From contig JBHGNT010000010.1 in the NCBI GenBank assembly GCA_043228905.1, positions 1,860,001 through 1,924,000 of the forward strand: a DNA stretch of 64,000 nt, given 5' to 3'. Below are positions 25,559 to 39,000 of the stretch, piece after piece; position 1 is the stretch's first letter, and the number at the start of each line of letters is the position of its first letter. The notes below the pieces were generated by a model. The model saw only the letters and a program-made list of their open reading frames with translations. It was not told where the DNA came from and did no database searches. The position numbers and the translations under genes are program-made. This DNA comes from Azolla caroliniana (Eukaryota; Plantae; Polypodiophyta).

Positions 25559-27715
25559 CGTCTCGCTCACTCCTTCCTTCTCTCGAAGAAGTTCTACACC
25601 TCTCATAGTACTAATCCTTCGTTTAGTACTAATTCCTTCTCTGTCTCAGTACTGTTCCTGTTCTTGACAGCACTAAGGACCGGGGGCTCTTATGCCAGCA
25701 AGGTATAACCGAAGAGCTTGTCGGCTACACGGATGCTGATTGGGCTGGCGATGCAACGGATCGTCGCTCAACTTCTGGCTTTATGTTTTCTCTTGGGAGC
25801 GCGACTGTTGCGTGGAGCAGCAAAAAGCAGCCAACAGTGGCTCTATCCAGCACTGAGGCTGAATACCGGGGCACGACCGTTGCCACCTACGAAGCCATTT
25901 GGCTTCGGCGACTACTGCAAGACCTGCGGATCGAGGTACCGACCCCGATCCTAATCTACTGCGATAACCTCAGCAGCATGCAGCTCGCCAAGAACCTTGT
26001 GTTCCATTCTTGCACAAAGCACATAGAAGTGCATTATCACTTTGTGCGTGAGCGGGTCCTGAGCGGTGAAGTTGAACTACGGTATGTTCACACGGATCGA
26101 CAAGTTGCCGACATCTTCACCAAGCCGCTCGGGTCGGACAAGTTGCCACACTTTACCGAAATGCTTGGTGTTCAGCATCTCGACGTGCCGCACTTGAGGG
26201 GGAGACGCAAGGGCAAAGACACTACCGAAACGGGCAAAGGCCAAAAAACTGTTGAACCCGTAGGTAAGAGAAGAACCGGTAGAGGTGGAGGCAAAAAGAA
26301 AAACGAAGCCAAGTCGACGAAGGAAGTCGGCACATCTGAACAGGTCGGAGTGAGCGGCTGTGAAGAAGAAGTGTATACTCAAGAAGAGAAGTGCATGCTA
26401 TGCGGAGGTCATCACGATCGTAATGGCCATGATGTAGAGTCAAATGAAGAATTCGACTTCGGTGAACCGGCTGAAGAAGCCAAGGGAAGCATGGAGAAGG
26501 CCAAGACCCGGACATGGTCCGATGTGGTGAGAGGCCTAAAGCCGAAAATCGAATCGGATGATATCGATTCAGACAAGAGCTGGAATGAGTCGAAGACAGC
26601 GGATTCGGATCAACAGATGGATCCGGATGAGTCGGATCAACGAGAGGCCAAGGAGACACGGACGCAGCGGAAGTCGATGCCATCGCGGAGGAACCGACGG
26701 ATCGGCAAGCGCCGGAGTCATAGCAGCGAAGGAGCTGAGATGGGCCTATTGAGCAGACATGCCGAAGGTCGAGACGCGCAGAACCGAAGGGGTCGCGGCA
26801 AACGGGACCGGACTGGACAAGGAGTGCGAGCAAGGCAAAGCGACGCTAGGAGAAGTCGGTTGGAAGAATCGGCTACCACAGAGGTTGACACTACGACCCT
26901 ACCTCAGGTTGAGCTTGAGGGGGAGTGTTAAGCGGCAAGCTCAACCGGAGCCGGATCGACTGAATAAGCCTGAGCTGGTAAGCAGTAAGGACCGGTGAGC
27001 TGGAGAGCCGGTATGCCGGATCCAATCCGTAACCGGAAGCCTAGTATAGGTTAGACTACTAGGCAGTTATAGTCTCGTAGTTAGTGTCAGATGCTCGTGT
27101 GAGCATTGAAGTACATTGTACTTCTAACAGTCCCATGTGGACTTGTATAAATAGCGATGATGAGCGCGTTGTAGAAACAGACAGAGCACAGAGTATTCAT
27201 ATAATTTTTGAAAAATAGTGTGTCCTCTCTCTCTCTCTCTCTCTCTCCCGCATACTCTCTCTCTCTCTCTTTGTGTATTGTTCTTTCTAATGCTTCCGCA
27301 AGCAATCTTTTACATTGGATATCTAAAATGGACTTGTCTAGGGTGTCTTAACTGGCTTGGCATCAAGTCCCATATTAAATCTCTCAAAACATGATTCATG
27401 TACTTTGACTAATATAAATGGAAAATTTATTTCATGTGATTAGCATTCCAAGAATATTCAACGTATATATCCTCATCAATAACTCTGACATGAAGAAATG
27501 TAATATTTATGTGTAATTGTTCAAGGTAAAAATATTCGATGGCAACAACGTTCAACACTAAAAGTTTCACAAAGGGAGCAAAAATATTAGTGGAATCATT
27601 TCCTTTCTTTTGTTAGAATCCTTTAACTAGTTGGGCTTTGTATATCTTAGAATCATCATGCTCATCTTTTAGCCAATACACCAATTTTTTAGGAAGTGCT
27701 TTCTTCCCCCGCAAG

Positions 27716-28330
27716 TAACTTAGCTAGTTCTCATGACTGGTTGGATATCAATGTGTCCATCTCCTTTTTAATGTCACTGACCACGATACTCCTTGTTAGC
27801 ATGATAAAGTTTGACAAGCTTCATCATAACATTTAGGCTCCTCTCCATCACTCATCCTTAAAAAGTCCATATATCTCCTGTTAGGCACATGACATTGAAT
27901 AAACCTTGTCAATAAAAGAGCTAGAATAGGGGGTGCAATGTGTCACATTATTGTGGACTTCTTTGTCTAACAAATTCTTCTAGTTAAGGACTTGTACACT
28001 ATGTAGAACTTTGACTATCACTATGCAAACTTAGCTAGTTCTCATGTCTGGTTGGATATCAATGTGTCCATCTCCTTTTTAATATCACGATACTCCTTGT
28101 TAGCATGATAAAGTTTGACAAGCTTCATCATAGCATTTAGGCTCCTCTCCATCACTCATCCTTAAAAAGTTCATATATCTCCTGTTAGGCACATGACATT
28201 GAACAAACCTTGTCAATAAAAGAGCTAGAATAGGGGGTGCAATGTGTCACATTATTGTGGGCTTCTTTGTCTAACAAATTCTTCTAGTCAAGGACTTGTA
28301 CACTATGTAGAACTCTGACTATCACTATGC
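27716..28330. repeat. ~300-bp tandem duplication in the old Copia relic
   Basis: aacttagctagttctcatg.ctggttggatatcaatg...actatcactatgcaaac at ~27716 and ~28028. Confidence 0.85.
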
Positions 28331-31156
28331 AAACATTCTTCTCTTCACTAAGTATATCGAACTCTAACTACCACTATGCAAAACATTCTTCTCTAGTTTG
28401 AATTTTAGCTTAGTAAACAAATCTTGAAGCCATATCATCACTTTACTAGTTGTATTGAACCTCTATAGTGGGTAGAGTGAAAATCTTCTATAACTTCAAC
28501 ATCCACATCTAATGAACAACTATAATTCCAATAGTTAATATATAACTAGTGGTGCTTTTCTTTTGCCCATGCATTTCTCAACTTCTCTCCAAATAAAGAC
28601 TACCTATGACACTTCGTTGAAGATATATAATTGCTAATATCAATCTTCGATTTGCATGCTTGACATCCACATAGAGTGAGTGGCATTTGGGATCACCCTC
28701 AATGGAAGCTTTGGAATTTTGGTTCCAATTTTGTTGAATATCTTTGTTTGCGATAAGTTTTTTCTGTTTATCACAATTTTAGGCCAATTGGTGTTTTTCA
28801 TGATCCCCATAAAAGATGATGACATATTGAAAACATTTCATCGAAACAAAACTAACATATAGATAGCTACACTTTCTTATCGTCATGAGTGACATTGCTC
28901 CAAACTTATCTACACTAACGATATTAACATTGTTGTGATGCTTTCGACACATAGTGAGAAACCACCCCGGATAGGGAATAAAATAATAGCACAAATAAGG
29001 CATACGTGCCACAAAGAGTGAGCTTGAGAGGGTAAGAGAGATATTGTGTTTTATAATCAATTAATCGTTAAGTGAGTGTGAGGCTCGGAGGTGTCCGACA
29101 ACCATCTCCACCCGATTCGCCATCAAAAGGGTATACGGTGGTCCGAGCTCCGTAAACGACATCAAGGAGGGTTTAACTCCATTGATACATAGATCCTACA
29201 CACAAACAAATAAGAAAAAAGTTAGTTGCAATTCATTTATGACCCTTAAGTTTCAACCCACAACTACCACTCACTTAGGTATTATATATTGACGTTTTTC
29301 TAATAAATATAACCTTCAAAATGAAGAGTAGTATTATAATTTTCACTTCAACAATGACATTTGCATATTGTGTTTGACCTTAAATATACGTTGTTTTAGG
29401 CAAAAACAATCATCAATGTAAAACTATGTTTGCGTTGATAGGAAGAATATAGAGAGAAAGAAAGGACAAAAACAAACAACAATGGAGATTTCTCTATCTT
29501 TACTAGATGCCAAAACCATTCCGCTAGACAAATCATGCACACTTACATATATGTATGTTCTCTGTTATCCATGGCAAAAGAGACTAAAAAGTTACAATAA
29601 GTGAATACAAATCATAATAATTGTAAAACCTAGGGCTAATAACAAAGCACGATGATTACCATAGGAAAATAGGAGCTCCACATCTAGATTGTACTATATT
29701 TTTTACATCCAGATGGGAGCTTGTAGCAAAGTTTGTGGTCAGCTCTATGGAAGACCTGAATCATGGAAGAGTTGAATCTCTTGCATGCAACTCATACATT
29801 TAGTTGTAACATCTTGTAATTAAACGTTTGAGCTTGTTTGACGCGAGTGAACTCACGGGAGAGAAAAACAAAGGGTATGAAAAATAGAAAAAAAAATAAA
29901 AATGAATAATATAATTCAAAATTATGAAAACATATGTGGGGACCATGGATGTAGTCTCATTCAATGACAAGGTTGGGGAAATGAAGATTAATGTTGTTGT
30001 CTCAAGCCTATAGGCAAGGATTAGGGTGATTTAAATAAACTCTACCACTATGTACACTCCATCAATGAATGCATGGAAAATGGTGTAGTAGATGAGATCT
30101 AAGTGAATACGAAATGCATGACGATGGATAGGAAGGTCAGGTTTGTTGCCACATCCTTGCTTGAGGTAAGTTGGTGATGGATGAAAGTAGTCGTGGATCC
30201 TAGCCGAAAGAACCCAAAATGAACTTGACACATTCCTTGATGAAATAGGAGGGTGGGATCTTTTAGCTACTGAAAAAAGAGTCAAAGTTTATATAGATGC
30301 TTGAGATATATAGAAGGGCTTTTGTCTTCTCCCCCCTAGGGTGTGCCAATCCAACATTTGTGGAGCCAACGGTGATATTTACAATATCCTACATGCCATG
30401 GAACCTAAAATTGATTATTGTACCAAAGGCCCATATACCGAAGTCCATAAAACTATTGAAAGAGAAGGCTAGTGGAGAATTTTGAAACTATGGAATGTTC
30501 GTATTCAAAAAATTGGTTAAAAATTATGAAAACGAACATGTCTCTATGCTTCATTCAAGACCTTCAAACTTGATGAATAACTTGTTCCCATTTTTTGCTA
30601 ATCCCTCAAGGTTCACTTCTTTCATCGAAAAACCCACAAGTTTATACAGAACCATCATCCATACCCACACCACATCTACTTGCTTCCCTATTGTTGGGAT
30701 TGGTGCAACTTCTACAATGCATAACAAAGGTGTGTCTCACGTCTATTTAATTGGCCAGTCTTTGCAAAACATCGCAACATTAAACCTACTAAAGAACATA
30801 GGTTGTGGATAACATACACTAGGTTTGGCCTCTTAGGATGTATTTCTAGTGCAAAGATCAATGTGATGCATTTCATGCTATTGTAAATGTGGTTGTTTTA
30901 CTTGACATTAGTGATTAATAAGAGGGAGATAGAGAAGTACGGGTTTCTTGAGAGAAAACCTAGTGTGATAAGTTCACGTAGTACGGTTTCAAAGATCAAT
31001 TTATAGAAATTGTTTGTTTCCTCAACTTAGATCAATACCATACTATTAAGAAAAATGTTTGTATAGTGAAGGGAAAATGTTTTCCAAAGCTAAATTGCTC
31101 GTCCCTTAAAGTTCTCGTTGTTGTATTGTGAAAACACTTGGGAATGTTGTCATTGC

Positions 31157-31540
31157 CACCACTTACTGGTCGAGATGTGAACAAGTTGAGAGAGTAAGAG
31201 AAAAATTGAGATTGGTAAGGAGTTTACAAGTAAAACGTGCTTAGTGCAAGTGTCTCCACTTCCTATAACTTTCCTCCTAGTTTCTACTCATTTCCGTATT
31301 TTTGTATTCCACGAAGAACTCCTTATAAAAACAAATAAAGTCATGGCCACCACTTATTGGTCGAGATGTGAACAAGTCGAGAGAGAGAGTTAGAGAAAAA
31401 ATTGAGATTGGTAAGGAATTTACAAGTAAAAAGAGCTTAGTGCAAGTGTCTCTACTTCCTATAACTTTCCTCTTGGTTTCTACTCATTTCTGTATGCTTG
31501 TATTCCATGAAGAACTCCTTATAGAAACAGATAAAATCAC
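31157..31540. repeat. ~190-bp tandem duplication
   Basis: ccaccactta.tggtcgagatgtgaacaagt...gaagaactccttata twice. Confidence 0.8.
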
Positions 31541-34500
31541 GGCTTGTCGAAACTCGAAAGACAAATTTTGCTAAAGCTAAAGTTCGTGCACCATAAAAGA
31601 GGGCTTGGAGAACTAGTGATTGTTGAGAACGCTGCTGTCTAGTGTAGAGCAATGTCAATACTCCTCTGTTGAGAGATCATTAACAAGTACAAGTCGAGAT
31701 GATTTATTGTTACAAGCTGCTAAAATATGTAAGAAGATCAGCAAGAATGCAAGAGGAAGAGAACAAAATGTTAGGCACAAAATGACCTTTATTGCTCAGG
31801 CTCAAAGGCTCAATTTATGGAATGAACAACAATATCAACTTAAGTTACAAAGACAATGTATATATTGACTGACTTAATTTCAACCAAAGTTGCCGAACAA
31901 GTTCGGTGAGCTCTCCAACATGCCGACCAGAGTGTAGCATGTCGTCTACATAGATGATGAGGAAGATGGAAGACCCATCTCGAGTTGTTTTGGTGAAGAG
32001 ACAGTGGTTCTCATTGCTCTTTGAGAAGCCGACTGATTGGATGAAGTCGTCGAACTTCTTATGCCACTGTCTCGGTGCATGTTTTAGGCCCTAGCGACTC
32101 TTCTTGAGTCGATAGACTAGATGTTCCTGACCGGATACCACGAAGCCTTTCGGTTGCTCCATGTAAATTTCCTCTTCTAAGTCACCATGGAGGAAGGTCG
32201 TTTTTACATCTAGCTGGATCAATTCCAAATCTTTAGTTGCCATGACGTCGAGCATGAATCGAAGGGTTGTCATTTTTACCAGTGGGGAAAAGATTTCGTC
32301 GAAATCGACGCCATATTCTTGTCGAATCCCTTTCGCAACTATTTTGGCCTTAAATTTTGGGGTGGCCGAAGTAGACGTCTCTTTTAGTCTATAGACCCAC
32401 TTGCATGGAAGAGAACGTCGATTTTTCGGTAATTTGACCAAGTCCCAAGTCTTATTTTGTTGAATGGAGTTCATGTCCGACTCCATCGCCAGATGCCATG
32501 TGGCCGAACCGGAGGATGCCGATGCTTCTTCATCCATAAAAAAGATTCCGGGGGAGTATATCTCCAAGGGCTGCAACAGTCTCTCGGATCTTCGAGGTAT
32601 GACTGGACTAGTCACATCAGGTGTAAGGGTCGGATGGTCTATAGCCGAACCATTCGGTTGTGCCGAGTCGAATGCTACCAAGTCGGTGTTGGAGGTTTCG
32701 ACTACCCGTGAGGCTGACCTCGGGTTGTGTGTTGGGCCTTCCTAAAGGGTCGGCACTTCGGAAAAAGTTACCCTTCGAACTTCAATATGCATAGCCGACT
32801 CATTGAACATTATGTCCGAACTCTTGACGATCTGTCTGTGCTCGGGGTCCTAGAGTCGGTATCTGATTTCTCCATCTAATCCATAACCAAGAAAAACACC
32901 TTTCCCCGATCGTGGTTCGAGTTTTCGGCGATCGTGCTTCGAGATGAGGGTGTATGTCTCGCACCCGAAAATTCTTAGTTTGTCGTAATTCGGCTTACTG
33001 TTGGTCCATAATTCCTGAAGTATTTGAAGTTCTAGAGGCCTACTCGGTGATATATTGATTATGTGTACTGCAGTAAGTAGGGCCTCCGCCCAAAGCCATC
33101 CGACAATCCGGAGTGTTGGAGCATGGATACTATCATTTCCTAAATTGTCTGATTCATCTGCTCGGTAATTCCATTCAACTCATTCTCGACCATAGCGAGC
33201 CAATTGGAAAAGATTGAGAACACTCGATCTTTGGTTTTGATCGGTTAAGCCCACACCTTCTGAGTCGAGTCGTCAATAAAGCTGATGAAGTACAGAGATC
33301 TGCCGAGAGACTGGTGTGGCATAGGGCCACAAATGTCAGAGTGGACTCGATTCTTTCGGTGCTTATGTCAGCTATGATGCGGCTATCTATTTGCCGTAGT
33401 GGCAATGCTCGCAGAACTGAGGATGACAGAAGGAGAGTTTAGGGATGTATCCGGTCTGGATAAATGCATGATACCGGCCTTGCTGAGGTGTCCGAGTCGT
33501 CCATGCCATAGTGATGACACGGGAATGTCGACCAAGAACAAGTCACCCTTTCTGAGTGTGATGTATAGTGGGTACATTGAATGTACTTTTGATCCTCGAG
33601 CAAGCAAAAGGTTCCCCCTATGGAGTGTCCACCCTCCTGATGAGAAGTCAACACAAATACCGTCTTCATCAAGTTGTCCGACTGAGATCAATGGTCTTGA
33701 GAGCTCAGGTACATGTCGTACATTGTGTAGTACCAATGTAGAGCCACTCGGAAGGTTGAGCTCTACTATGTTGATTCTTATGATAGCGCAATGTTGCGAG
33801 TTTCCGACTCAAACTAAGTTGGAATGTCAAGCCGAGTATTGCCAAAATTGGGATCGATGAGGGGTCACATTGATATGAAGCGCCCAAATCCCAGAGCCAT
33901 GTACTCGGTTCCTCAGTTGTACTAAGCAAAACTTCTGACTCGACTGGATTCTCAATGGATAGTATGTTCGGGTCGTTCGACAATACTTCGGTTGAAGAGC
34001 CTACATAATTGACCTCCTCATATTGGCCACTCTTCAGATAAGCTCGTTGAGCCTTATCATGCTTGGCTTTGAGTGCACGACATTCGGCTTTGATGTGTCT
34101 GGGTTTCTTGAAATAATTGCAGACTCGATTATCTTGAGATTTGCTCCGACTTTGTTGGTTGTTCGGCTGTCGAGAGGAAGTTCTTCCTCGACTGTTTGAT
34201 CAATCAGTCGAACCTTGTGCTACATAAGTGTCATTGGCCAAATCGTTTGCAAATGATTTCCTCTGAGCTGCTTCAATCAGAATTGCGCTCGTGATTGAGT
34301 ACTTAATGGCAGTAGTCGACGTATTGCACATAGTTGTAACGAAAGTTTTCCACGAAGGGGAGAGACTACTCATAAGCAGCATTGCTCTTAGTTCATCTGC
34401 GATAGTCGTCCCCAAAACCACAATTTGGGAACTTAAGCTTTCGTACTCGTTGAGGTGTGCCTGGACCGAGTAAGATTCTTTCATCCGAATATTGTAAAGG

Positions 34501-34864
34501 CGCTGAATCAGATATATCTTTGTGGTGGCCACCTTTTTCTCGTTGGTGACTGAAAGTGTCTTCCACATTTGGAAGGCGGTCGAACACGATTGCACTGTGA
34601 AGTACACGGACTCCAATATGTGCATCTGAATGGTGGCCCGTACAATTCTGTCGAGCTTCTCCCATTCAAGTGACTTATATCCTTCTGGTAGGGATCGGCA
34701 ACGGCTCGGCTCAAGCCTAAACCGTTTGCTTAGCAGCTCGGCTCGGCTCGGTTTAGGCTTGAACTTTCCTTAACGGTTTGAGCTCGGCTCGGCTTGGCTT
34801 GAGCCGAGCCAAACTGGCTCAAACCGTCTAAGCCAGATAAACCGTTTAAGCCGTTTATAAACTT

Positions 34865-35126
34865 TAGAGAGGGGGAGAGAGACAACAGACAAGGGGAAAG
34901 AGAGAGAGAGAGAGTGAGGGAGGGAGAACTACATAGACGAGGAGAGAGAGAGAGCGGGAGGGAGACAACATATAAGGAGAGAGAGACTACACAGAGGGGA
35001 GAGAGACAGAGGAACTACATAGAGGGGAGAGAGAGAGACAGAGAGACTACACAGAGGGGAGAGAGACATAGAGACAGAGAGACTACACAGAGGGGAGAGA
35101 GAGAGAGATAGAGAGACTACACAGAG

Positions 35127-35174
<48 letters not shown>

Positions 35175-35206
35175 CTACATAGAGGGGAGAGAGAGAGAGA
35201 GGGAGG
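34865..35206. repeat. (GA)n microsatellite/minisatellite (gagactacacagagggggagaga units) inside the hAT element
   Basis: Direct reading; continues at 45651-45860. Confidence 0.85.
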
Positions 35207-36075
35207 TGTTGGGAGACAGGTCCCTCCGGATGGGAAGGGAGAAGAGCACTGCCGATGAACCGGAGAGCCGGATGGCGCAGGCCCGGTATGAACCGGATGG
35301 GGAGTACCTGACTACGGAGAGCCGGATGGTGCAGGCCCGGTATGAACCGGAGGAAGAGACATATTCGTAAATATGTTTCTGAGAGCCCATCGAGGCTACA
35401 TTTGTAAATAGCCGAAAAGTCATATTAGTATAAATATGATTTAGGGCAAACTTTTAGGTGTGTCGTTTCTGTTGTTGTTATTCTTCCTTGTTGGTGCAAG
35501 AAGAAGTGAGAGCGCGTAACTGTACAGAGTGAGAGAGAGAGAGACGAGGTCGTTGCCTCTGTTGTAACCGCCGCCTGTGGCGAAGATCTGAGAGCACGAG
35601 GTCTGTTACCGGCTGGCAAGGAGTCCAAAATACGGAGTGAAGGAATTAATTAAGTATGGTTGTAAATAAGCATAGTATGGACGGACGGACCGGAAACGGT
35701 ATGCCGTTCCAGATCCGGACTGATCCCGAATAGGTGCGATAGGCACCGTTTTGTACTACGGGCCGGAAACCTATTTAAAGGCCCGGACCCCATTGTAATC
35801 GCAGCGGATAATTAATAGAGCGTATGGTGTTTATACTTCTGTGTTGATTTCCGTTCTGTAATTACTGATATATCTTACGCGTGTAATTAACAAAAGCGCT
35901 CTAATCGTATAACCTACTTAAGTCGGTGTAATCGTTGAGTCATAATCCTATGCCGTAATCACCCTTTGGTGAAGTGTCTCCGTGACACCTTGTGTTAGGC
36001 CTTGTCCGGTTAGAGAACAACACAGTTTTGGCGACCACGATTCCTGCTTTCTCGCAGCGAACGACGACTTAATGG

Positions 36076-39000
36076 ATGACTAGACCAACGCACGACCTGG
36101 TTACAGACCGAGCTCGACGCCTCGCCGAACGGCAAAGACGGCGTGAGACTTTCCAGCAAGCAGCGCACGAAATTCGCTCGGATCGTTCGTTCTCCAACGA
36201 GATCCGGAGAGTCGCGGAGGAATCTCTTCGGTTAGAGCAAACTCGTGACCAGGACGACGGAAGCGGTCTAAGTAGTCTCCGGGAAACCGAACGCCCCCTC
36301 GAGGCGCTGGCAAGCGGAGAAAACGAGGCAGAAGCCTTTTCAGCCTACGAATCGGATTCCGAAGGGGGATACAGCGTGCACACGAACTACCGGAGCAGCA
36401 ACGATACCCCCGGCGGCCCGGAGGACGACAGGTCGGATACCGTGCCGACTCCAGAACCGGAACCGTTCGACCAGGGCTATCCGGAACCGCAAATGGAAGC
36501 CGTCAACCCACCAACACCGGAAGTGGAAGAAGCAAAGCCACCGACACCAACGAAAGAGTCGGTGAAGGAACCGGAAGAAGAGCCGGTGAAGGAACCGGAA
36601 AAAGAACCGGAAAAAGAACCGGAAGTGGAACAGGAGAGTAAACCGGAAAGATATCGACAAACGCCACTAAACCGCGGCCTAATACTGGACGACGACATGC
36701 CGTTCCAATACTCAAAGTATCGCGATGATCCGGACGTGGAAGCGCATGTTCATGCCTTCGAGCAGACATGGGAAGCAAATCACGCGTCCCAGCGATTGAC
36801 ACTGGAAGAAGAAGAACGCTCGAAGATAGCAGAATTCGGGGTCACGTTGGAAGGACCAGCGGCACGATGGCGGCGGACGCAGGACCCGGCAACCATCACA
36901 ACCTTTGCAGAATTAAAAGCAAAATTCTTGCATTTTTTCCACAAGGAGGTCGACCAGACGATGATGGTGGGCCTGTTTTATACGATCCGACAAGAGGCAG
37001 GGGAAAGCATTCCCCAATTCGTCATCCATTTCCAACGAATGCATAGCCAGCTTGCCCGTGCACCCCCAGAGGAGGAATTACGGACGATATTTTTAAACGC
37101 ACTCCGGGAACCGTTACGCACGGTGTGTACGGTGATCGACTTTCGAGGAAGCACCATTGACCAGGTCATTGACCGGGTCAGAGAAATGGAAAAGTCAAGC
37201 TCATGGCTTACACTGGGAGCACTGCAACGGGCGTTACCCACCGATGAAGATCTCCGGTTCCGGCAGGCAATTCAATGCACAATCTGCTTGAATGCCGGAC
37301 ACTCGGCAGTGGAGTGCACCATGTGAACCCAGTGTGTGATTTGTCAATCCAAGAGTCATACAACGGACCGGTGCGAGTATAACCTGCTAAACCGACAAGC
37401 ACCACCCGTCCGACGGATCGAGCCAAGAAGCAGCCGAGACGAAGATGAAGATCGTTGGCAAAAAATGAACCGGTACCGACCGGCACAGGATGTCCGGTAC
37501 GGAGACAGACAAGAGAATGATGGCCGGTACGGGGATCGGCATGATAACTACGACCGGTATGAGCGATCGGACCGTTATCGGGAGTCCAACAGACGACACG
37601 AGCAATACGACAGAGACCATTCCCCTGGTTACCGAAGGCACCAGGAGGACTACGGCCGATTTTACGATCCACCACAACAGGACTACCGAAATAAAAATAA
37701 GAATAATAAGAAACGTAATTTCAAGAAAGGTGGTCACCCTCGGGACCCGGAACATGGAACCCCAAGGAGCCAACCGGCACAGAGCGCACCACTCACTACG
37801 GGACCGACTCCGGCTACCAGCAATGCTGAATCCAGCAATACCCGTAAAGAGTACTGCTACTACTGCAGGCAGGAAGGCCACTACAGTAACCAGTGCCCGT
37901 CAAAGAGCTACGATAAACGACCAGCAGTTAATATGGTGGTTCCGGAAGTGGCGGATGTACAGCAAGTAACCACACGGTCAAAAGGCATGGCCAAAGAGTG
38001 GGAAACACAAGAGGCCATACGAAAACAGGCGACGGAATGGGTGAAGGAAGCCAATGAAAGGAACGTCGCGGACGCGGAACGGCAAAAGGCGAATACCATA
38101 GGGAGTGCCGGCGGTAGCCACGCAGAAAACGAGACATGGCAAGCACTGCAAGAATGTCAGATCACGTTGCCATTAGGAAGACTCTTGCAACTCGTGCCGC
38201 GATTTACGGAAGGACTAAAAACGGTCATGACAGACGGTATAGCCCCACCGGCACCAGTCCTCTTCTCGAATCCGGAGGAGGGACCGACGGTGGTGGACAC
38301 TAGTAGTCCGGTGATTACAGCTATTGTCAAAGGGCACGAACTTCCCGGCACAGTAATCGATGGAGGTTCCGGGGTGAACGTAATAAGCCTCCGCACGTGT
38401 GATGCCTTGGGTATACATGAATGGGAGCCATGTCCGTTCTGGCTACGGATGGCGGATACGAGCTCTGTACGGCCGACGGGCTTAATACGGAAATTGGAAG
38501 TCACCATAGGAGGTCACACATTTCACATCTCGGCTGTAGTGCTGCAGCTACAGGCGCAAGGCGCGTACCCACTGTTGCTGGGCAGACCATGGTTGAAAAC
38601 AGCACACATCAAGCAAAATTGGCAGAAAAATATGATTACCTTCCGGCGCGGAAAAGCCAAGGTCCGGGTACCGACACAACCACGGACGAGAAACGATAAG
38701 GAATGCACACCGCTGTATGCGGAATGCGTGAACATGCTTGAAGGGTTGGCAGACGACGAAGAAGCCCAGTACTTGGAGGAACACCCGAAGATCGTACCAC
38801 TTTTCGAGATTGACGTGGCTGAAGCCGTAGCGCCATACTTGCCGCAGCGGGACGAAACCGAAGCCGAACCAGACAAAGATTCGCTTCGGGAATTACGGCA
38901 AGCACAGGAAGCGTTGGAACGGGAAATGGCCGTTTCCCAACGGGTAAAAACATCCCAGCTCGACGAAGTGAACCTAGGGAAGCAAGGACGAATCAAAGCC

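Larger units (their letters stand above)
20024..25669 (+). mobile_element. Ty3/Gypsy chromovirus (Tcn1-like) nested in the Copia RT/RH junction
   Basis: LTRs 20024-20445 and 25228-25669 (TGTCA..TGA(C/T)A); TSD gcact 20019-20023 / 25670-25674; PPT aaaggggagatag 25215-25227; non-tRNA PBS 20448-20459. Confidence 0.96.
16491..26931 (+). pseudogene. Copia gag-pol polyprotein (gag, CCHC, PR, INT, RT, RH plus C-terminal extension), disrupted and split by insertion 20024-25669
   Basis: [77 protein letters not shown]; several stops and frameshifts. Confidence 0.92.
15973..27314 (+). mobile_element. Full-length Ty1/Copia LTR retrotransposon interrupted by a chromovirus
   Basis: LTRs 15973-16395 and 26926-27314 (TGTT..TACA); TSD ttgga 15968-15972 / 27315-27319; PBS tggtatcagagc (tRNA-iMet) 16396-16407; PPT gagggggag 26917-26925. 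Confidence 0.96.

Noticed and set aside
28890-31150. Possible host gene or DNA-transposon relic
   Set aside because: Short ORFs without recognisable motifs; no termini or TSD found by eye.
34865-35360. CRISPR-like repeat-spacer array
   Set aside because: Eukaryotic GA minisatellite and LTR-internal repeats; no unique spacers or cas genes.
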